From Leucoraja ocellata (lineage: Eukaryota), in NCBI GenBank assembly GCA_036785375.1, contig JAWMAR010000008.1, positions 6,758,001 to 6,822,000 of the forward strand: a stretch of DNA of 64,000 nucleotides, in the 5' to 3' direction. The stretch's first letter is position 1. Each line of letters opens with the position of its first letter. The notes beneath the pieces are model-generated. The model was not told the origin of the DNA. It saw only the letters and a program-made list of their open reading frames with translations, and did no database searches. The translations under genes were made by a program, and so were the position numbers. Positions 58,801 through 64,000 of the stretch are shown here, piece by piece.

Positions 58801-60925
58801 TAAAACTAAACTAACTATACATCAGGGTGCAGTGAAATTCCTTGTTCGCTAGAAATTTATTGAGTATATGGTAATGAAAGATGGGGACAGTAGACTGTTG
58901 AAATGAGAGGTTGAAGATGTTGAGTGAACCTCCCTGTTCATTCAAGGTTTCTAGTGGGATAGATACTAATTGTCCTTGTTGAAATACAGTTGTTGACTCA
59001 TTTCTTGCAGAAACTGGTAACGGCTGAGATATATTTTTTCAGGCTGGATAAAGTGGTCTTAAAAATGTTCCACTCCACAGATTCCTTGAATGCTGTGGGA
59101 AGGTGTGTCTATGTACACATTAATATTCTATTAAATGTAATTTCATTGCATGCAGTCCATTCACATCAGTACTTAAGTAGCATTTCTGCATTCTTAAACA
59201 AGTATACCAACGAATTATAATATTTTTAAAAGTAAGGTTGGAGAAGGCACAACATAACATCAATAATCTGGGTAATGCTCATTTCAAATCTTCGATGCAT
59301 GTCTCATGTCTCATTGTGTTAACCTCCTGGCCTTTTTTGATCATTCCTCCAGCGGTGTGGAATACTCAAGTTACCAGCTCTGATCTAATTTGATGAAGTA
59401 CATCAGTCTTGTCCATCTTTTACAATTACTAATTGTGTTGAAAGTCCTATTTTGCTTTATTTTAGGTTGGATGCTCTAGATCCCAATGCTTACGAAGCTT
59501 TCAAAGCTTCTCGTAATTTGCAAGATGTGGTTGACCGTGTTCTACAGAACCAACAGGAATCTGAGCGGGTACCAGGAATGAAGAAAATACTCAGTGTTAA
59601 GGCCAACCTTTTAACCCCAGTACAACCAATGCTGGTAAGGAATAAAATGCTTATTTCATTCTGTCTGATCCTTTGTGACAGATTGGTTCCCATGTTGCTG
59701 GGACTTGGGAAATGCATGTTGCCTGAGACTTAGCAGGCTAAATCTCGGGCGAAGGTGCGAATTGAATAATAGAGATGGGATTTGTCTGTGTCAGAACCGA
59801 GGCACTTTATTTAATTTGAAAGTTGATTGTAGATTTTATGTGTTTTACTACTGCTTCAGAAAGATCAACAATGTCTTTTGAGAGGTTAAGACACAATTTT
59901 ATGAACTATAAACACAAGTTTTTTTCACAGTCAGATTATGAGGAGAAAGATGCATGTTTCCTTTGCAGAACTATCGCCAAGTCTGCAATGTTCCTCTTTT
60001 TGCCAATCATTGGGTAAAAGCCCAGGGTGCAAGTGATCAGAAGGTGATCTGTCTTTGTGTCAACTTCAACTTTTTCTACCCAAGCCACTTCCCTCCGCAT
60101 CCCAAATTTTGCTGACTGAGAATTAATGACACTTCCATCTGCTCAGTCCAACAGTGAGCATCTGTGGGCATGTCACAATGATACTGAATACTGCACTTTG
60201 CAGCACAAGTCTCCTGATGCTTGTTGGAAGTGAGGTTCTTGCTTTTAGTTTCTCCCTGGGACCAACTCGTAATGTTTCCCAAAATAGGTAAAACTCATTG
60301 TGTGAGTTTTGGAATTTAATCCCCAAAATTTCCTCGGAACATGGCATGTGATTAGCTATGTTTATTCTGCTTGCAGTTTTATGTCACTTTTACACGCAAC
60401 AATGCTTTTCGTAGGAAATCTATCAGTGGGAATACGATATAGTATATAGCTGGTATTTCTCAAAGTAGCTTATAAAGCAAAAGTGAATTAATTGTTTTTA
60501 TTTTGGAAAATTAAGGTCTGCTGTGATGAATTCAGGTGGATTTTTTTTTAAACTGCAACTGCAAATGTTTGACAACTTTGCAGTAATTCATCCAAACCCT
60601 TGACAAGATTGCATCTGTTTAGTTATGTATGTTATTAACATATCCATGACAGAATATTACTGAAGGTTAGAATGCATGTGACAAAAGTATCAGATGAAAG
60701 ATATTTTATTTGTCTATATTGTCTTACTCTACCTGGATATTTAAAAAAAAAAAACTATTCTGACTTCAGGCTGAAGCCTGCAAATCAATTGAATATGCTA
60801 TGAAGAAGTGTCCAAATGGAATGTATGCAGAGATCAAATATGATGGGGAGAGAGTTCAAGTGCACAAGAATGGAGACACCTTCCAATATTACAGCAGAAG
60901 CCTGAAGCCTGTGTTACCACATAAA
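46300..60925 (+). CDS. LIG3: DNA ligase III, 5' part (continues beyond the window)
   Basis: Exons 46300-46870, 47492-47593, 49060-49254, 50584-50735, 53935-54101, 58139-58216, 59466-59634, 60770-60925. PARP-type zinc finger (YAKRGTAGCKKC...WYHIKC), DNA-binding domain and adenylation motif EIKYDGER. Confidence 0.96.
47492..47593 (+). CDS. LIG3: LIG3 exon (...SPRKFSGFS)
   Basis: Conserved PRKFSGFS; phase 1/1. Confidence 0.9.
48283..48975 (-). mobile_element. Penelope-like element relic
   Basis: QSEATLKLEEQHLIL remnant, pyrimidine-rich 3' region and pLTR-type repeat (ctgctgagttcccc). Confidence 0.65.
49060..49254 (+). CDS. LIG3: LIG3 exon (...HKDCSLREFRKLCAM...)
   Basis: cccag acceptor, gtaagt donor. 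Confidence 0.9.
50584..50735 (+). CDS. LIG3: LIG3 exon (KFHGDVYLTIKLLLPG...DLEQ)
   Basis: cctcag acceptor, gtttgt donor. Confidence 0.93.
51060..52280 (+). mobile_element. Old CR1 RT relic
   Basis: Degenerate DMSKAFDKVP and other RT segments; similar relics at ~4550-4930, 49790-50550, 54700-56370, 57130-57550. Confidence 0.7.
53493..53698 (+). mobile_element. 5'-truncated Hero/NeSL-like (RLE) retrotransposon 3' end
   Basis: Reads EKATRWLWIKRAD...VGA* followed by a short 3' UTR and (CA)n. Confidence 0.55.
53935..54101 (+). CDS. LIG3: LIG3 exon (GDVSETVRIFF...)
   Basis: tttag acceptor, gtaagt donor. Confidence 0.93.
55120..55786 (+). mobile_element. Probable non-autonomous Helitron-like element with internal palindrome, ~31-bp tandem repeats and (CT)n
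   Basis: Begins tatattactaaaag, ends CTAG|T, no TSD seen, interrupts a CR1 relic. Confidence 0.45.
58139..58216 (+). CDS. LIG3: LIG3 exon (CTANDLKCIIRLIKHDLRMNSGAKH)
   Basis: ttgcag acceptor, gtaagt donor. Confidence 0.94.
58510..58815 (+). mobile_element. HE1-like V-SINE
   Basis: Similar to 7106-7395; (ctaaa)n tail. Confidence 0.85.
59466..59634 (+). CDS. LIG3: LIG3 exon (LDALDPNAYEAF...PVQPML)
   Basis: tttag acceptor, gtaagg donor. Confidence 0.95.
60770..60925 (+). CDS. LIG3: LIG3 exon with catalytic lysine (AEACK...EIKYDGERVQVHK)
   Basis: ttcag acceptor, gtgagt donor; ligase motif I. Confidence 0.95.
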
Positions 60926-61136
60926 GTGAGTATCTGTTCCATCTTTCTTGCTACTCAATTTATCTGTGGGTACTGAAACATTATTTCACTTAGACCTGTG
61001 TAGTGCTAGGGTGGGTGGGAAGTGCTAGTACACTTAATTTTGAATGTTTAAATGTATGATTTTCTACTGTCTCTAAATAGCTTCCTGCTTCTGAAAAGGA
61101 TGGTTTATTCTGGCTTTTAGTCTTTGGACAATTATA

Positions 61137-62744
61137 CAGTGGCTTGCAAAAGTTTTCATACCCCTTGAATTTTTCCACGTTTTGTCACGTTACAACCACA
61201 AACGTAAATGTATTTTATTGGGATTTTATGTGATAGACCAACACAAAGTGGTGCATAATTGTGTAGTGGAAGGAAAATGATACATGGTTTTCAAATTTTT
61301 TTACAAATAAAAAACTGAAAAGTGTGGCGTGCAAAAGTATTCAGCCCCCCTGAGTCAATAGTTTGTAGAACCACCTTTTGCTGCAATTACAGCTGCAAGT
61401 CTTTTGGGGTATGTCGGTACCAGCTTTGCACATCTAGAGACTGAAATTTTTGCCCATTCTTCTTTGCAAAATAGCTCGAGCTCAGTCAGATTGGATGGAG
61501 AGCATCTGTGAACAGCAATTTTCAAGTCTTGCCAGAGATTCTCAATTGGATTTAGGTCTGGACTTTGACTGGGCCATTCTAACACATGAATATGCTTTGA
61601 TCTAAACCATTCCATTGTAGCTCTGGCTGTATATTTAGGGTCGTTGTCCTGCTGGAAGGTGAACCTCCACCCCAGTCTCAAGTCTTTTGCAGACTCTAAC
61701 AGGTTTTCTTCCAAGATTGCCCTGTATTTGACTCCATCCATCTTCCCATCAACTCTGACCAGCTTCCCTGTCCCTGCTGAAGAAAAGCATCCCCACAGCA
61801 TGATGCTGCCACCACCATGTTTCACAGTGGGGATGGTGTGTTCAGGGTGACGTGCAGTGTTAGTTTTCCGCCACACCTAGCATTTTGCATTTAGGCCAAA
61901 AACTTCAATTTTGGTCTCATCTGACCAGAGCACCTTCCTCCACATGTTTGCTGTGTCCCCCACATGGCTTGCAAACTGCAAACGGGACTTCTTATGGCTT
62001 TTTTTCAACAATGGCTTTCTTCTTGCCACTCTTCCATAAAGGCCCGATTTGTGGAGTGCACGACTAATAGTTGTCCTGTGGACAGATTCTCCCACCTGAG
62101 CTGTGGATCTCTGCAGCTCCTCCAGAGTTACCATGTTGGCTGCTTCTCTGATCAATGCTCTCCTTGCCCGGCCTGTCAGTTTAGGTGGACGGCCATGTCT
62201 TGGTAGGTTTGCAGTTGTGCCATACTCTTTCCATTTTCGGATGATGGATTGAACAGTGCTCCGTGAGATGTTCAAAGCTCGGGATATTTTTTTATAACCT
62301 AACCCTGCTTTAAACTTCTCCACAACTTTATCCCTGACCAGTCTGGTGTGTTCCTTGGGCTTCATGATGCTGTTTGTTCACTAATGTTCTCTAACAAACC
62401 TCTGAGGCCTTCACAGAACAGCTGTATTTATACTGAGATTAGATTACACACAAATGGACTCTATTTACTAATTGGGTGACTTCTGAAGGCAATTGGTTGC
62501 ACTGGATTTTATTTAGGGGTATCAGAGTAAAGGGGGCTGAATACTTTTGCACGCCACACTTTTCAGTTTTTTATTTGTAAAAAAATTTGAAAACCATGTA
62601 TCATTTTCCTTCCACTTCACAATTATGCGCCACTTTGTGTTGGTGTATCACATAAAATCCCAATAAAATACATTTACGTTTGTAGTTGTAATGTGACAAA
62701 ATGTGGAAAAGTTCAAGGGGTATGAATACTTTTGCAAGCCACTG
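61137..62744 (-). mobile_element. Tc1/mariner DD34E transposon, Passport-like IR/DR type, full length (1608 bp)
   Basis: TA|CAGTGGCTTGCAAAAGT...ACTTTTGCAAGCCACTG|TA; ~213-bp TIRs with inner direct repeats. Confidence 0.95.
61355..62365 (-). pseudogene. Tc1 transposase with one in-frame stop (61877-61879)
   Basis: [26 protein letters not shown]; 34 residues between the second D and E. Confidence 0.92.
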
Positions 62745-63760
62745 TATGTCTACAGTTGAGAAGGAATAGAGGAAAATCATGGCAATTGGCATAGTCTTGC
62801 TTGGATCTCTTCACACTGTTCGTACAATTTGCAAGGAGTGTGTAATGCTGTTCTCCAGCTCTTGCATTTGTTGCTGTTTGCTCAGCATAAAATGTCATTA
62901 TCAACATGGAACCCAGCAAGATTTGGATCGATAACTTAATCTCACTGAAGAACATTTTTGGTGCTGATCAATTTAACGTTAGTCCAAGTACAAATCATTC
63001 ACTAATTCTTGAATATACTGGACTCGTGCACATCCATTTGAGCAGAGAAAATCTTCTCCACTAAACTGCAAGCCCGCCCGCATCCTGATATTATGGCCAC
63101 AATTGCTGGATTTTACAACTATGTAAATAACACCTCAGCATTAATCCTGCAGATTTTATTATTTTACAATCCTACAGATTTTACTAGAACAGTCCTATAA
63201 TCCCATTTTGCCCAATTCCTTATTGGAATCTGAGAACATTGTAATAAGAGGTAGGAGAGATGGGGATTATTGAACTTGTTCAGAAATTAGCTACCGTCGT
63301 GGTTGATTCTGTATCCTTTTGCACCTGATTTTCCCCAAATCCTCTAATTTCTTTTTTGTACTTTTTCTTTGAATCTATGACTTTGGTGCCAATGACACTC
63401 TGAGGCAGAGAATTTTGAAGAATAATGAAATTTCTCCACATCTTGGGCATTAATGGCAAACCTTAATTCTGAAATTCTACCCCCTTGTTCCACATTCTGC
63501 AGCAAAATAAATGACTTTGCATCATCTACTTTCAGTATGAGTTTGCCATTCATTCTTTAAGATTCTAGTGAGTATAGGATTTTCCTCCTTTGTCCTCCAA
63601 CTACTGCCGTATCATTGGCATCTATCTACTGAATATCCTCCTGTGATATAGAGATTAGAGTGCACATATTCCATGTCTGTTCATGTCAAGTTACAATTCC
63701 AGCAAGCTCCCTAGTTTAGCATTCCATATCTATTATAATAAAGGTGAATGAGCAGACAAA

Positions 63761-63796
63761 GGGTCTGAAGAAGGATCTTGACCCGAAACGTCACCC
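63761..63796 (+). ncRNA. Minimal type I hammerhead ribozyme motif
   Basis: GGGT CTGAAGA A GGATC TT GACCC GAA ACGT C ACCC: stem I GGGU/ACCC, palindromic ACGU stem III, GUC site, one stem II mismatch. Confidence 0.65.
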
Positions 63797-64000
63797 ATTC
63801 TTTCTCTCCAGAGATGCTGCCTGTTCCACTGAGTTACTCCAGTATTTTGTGTCTATCTTCGTAATAAAGACGAATATTCCATTTGCTTTAAAATTGAATG
63901 CTGCACCTATATGTTTCATGAATCTCATGAACCAGGAGGCGAAGATTCCCTTTAGCGCCACCTTACTAAGAATATGGGCTCAAGCGGGTCTTGAATCTGT

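Overview
Repeat-rich vertebrate genomic DNA, most likely a skate/ray (inferred from HE1-type V-SINEs, CR1/HER1 LINEs and divergent vertebrate orthologues). I assembled three spliced genes by hand from GT-AG exons with consistent phases. NSUN5 is on the minus strand (10 coding exons, about 480 aa, complete). TRIM50 is on the plus strand (6 coding exons, about 475 aa, complete, divergent from NSUN5). LIG3 is on the plus strand (CpG promoter plus 8 coding exons through the catalytic KYDGER motif, running off the window; upstream mitochondrial-type AUG). Introns hold a near full-length CR1, young L2 ends, Rex1/Hero/Vingi/Penelope fragments, a solo LTR, two Tc1 elements (one Passport-like and nearly intact) and a probable Helitron. 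The most interesting signals are catalytic RNA motifs. (i) A ~130-bp TSD-flanked SINE-like element has a 5' 54 nt that fold into a minimal CPEB3/HDV-like ribozyme and lies sense within NSUN5 introns. (ii) About 20 Penelope-type minimal hammerhead motifs, many degenerate, sit in short TSD-flanked, often fold-back elements. Ribozyme activity is predicted from manual folding only.
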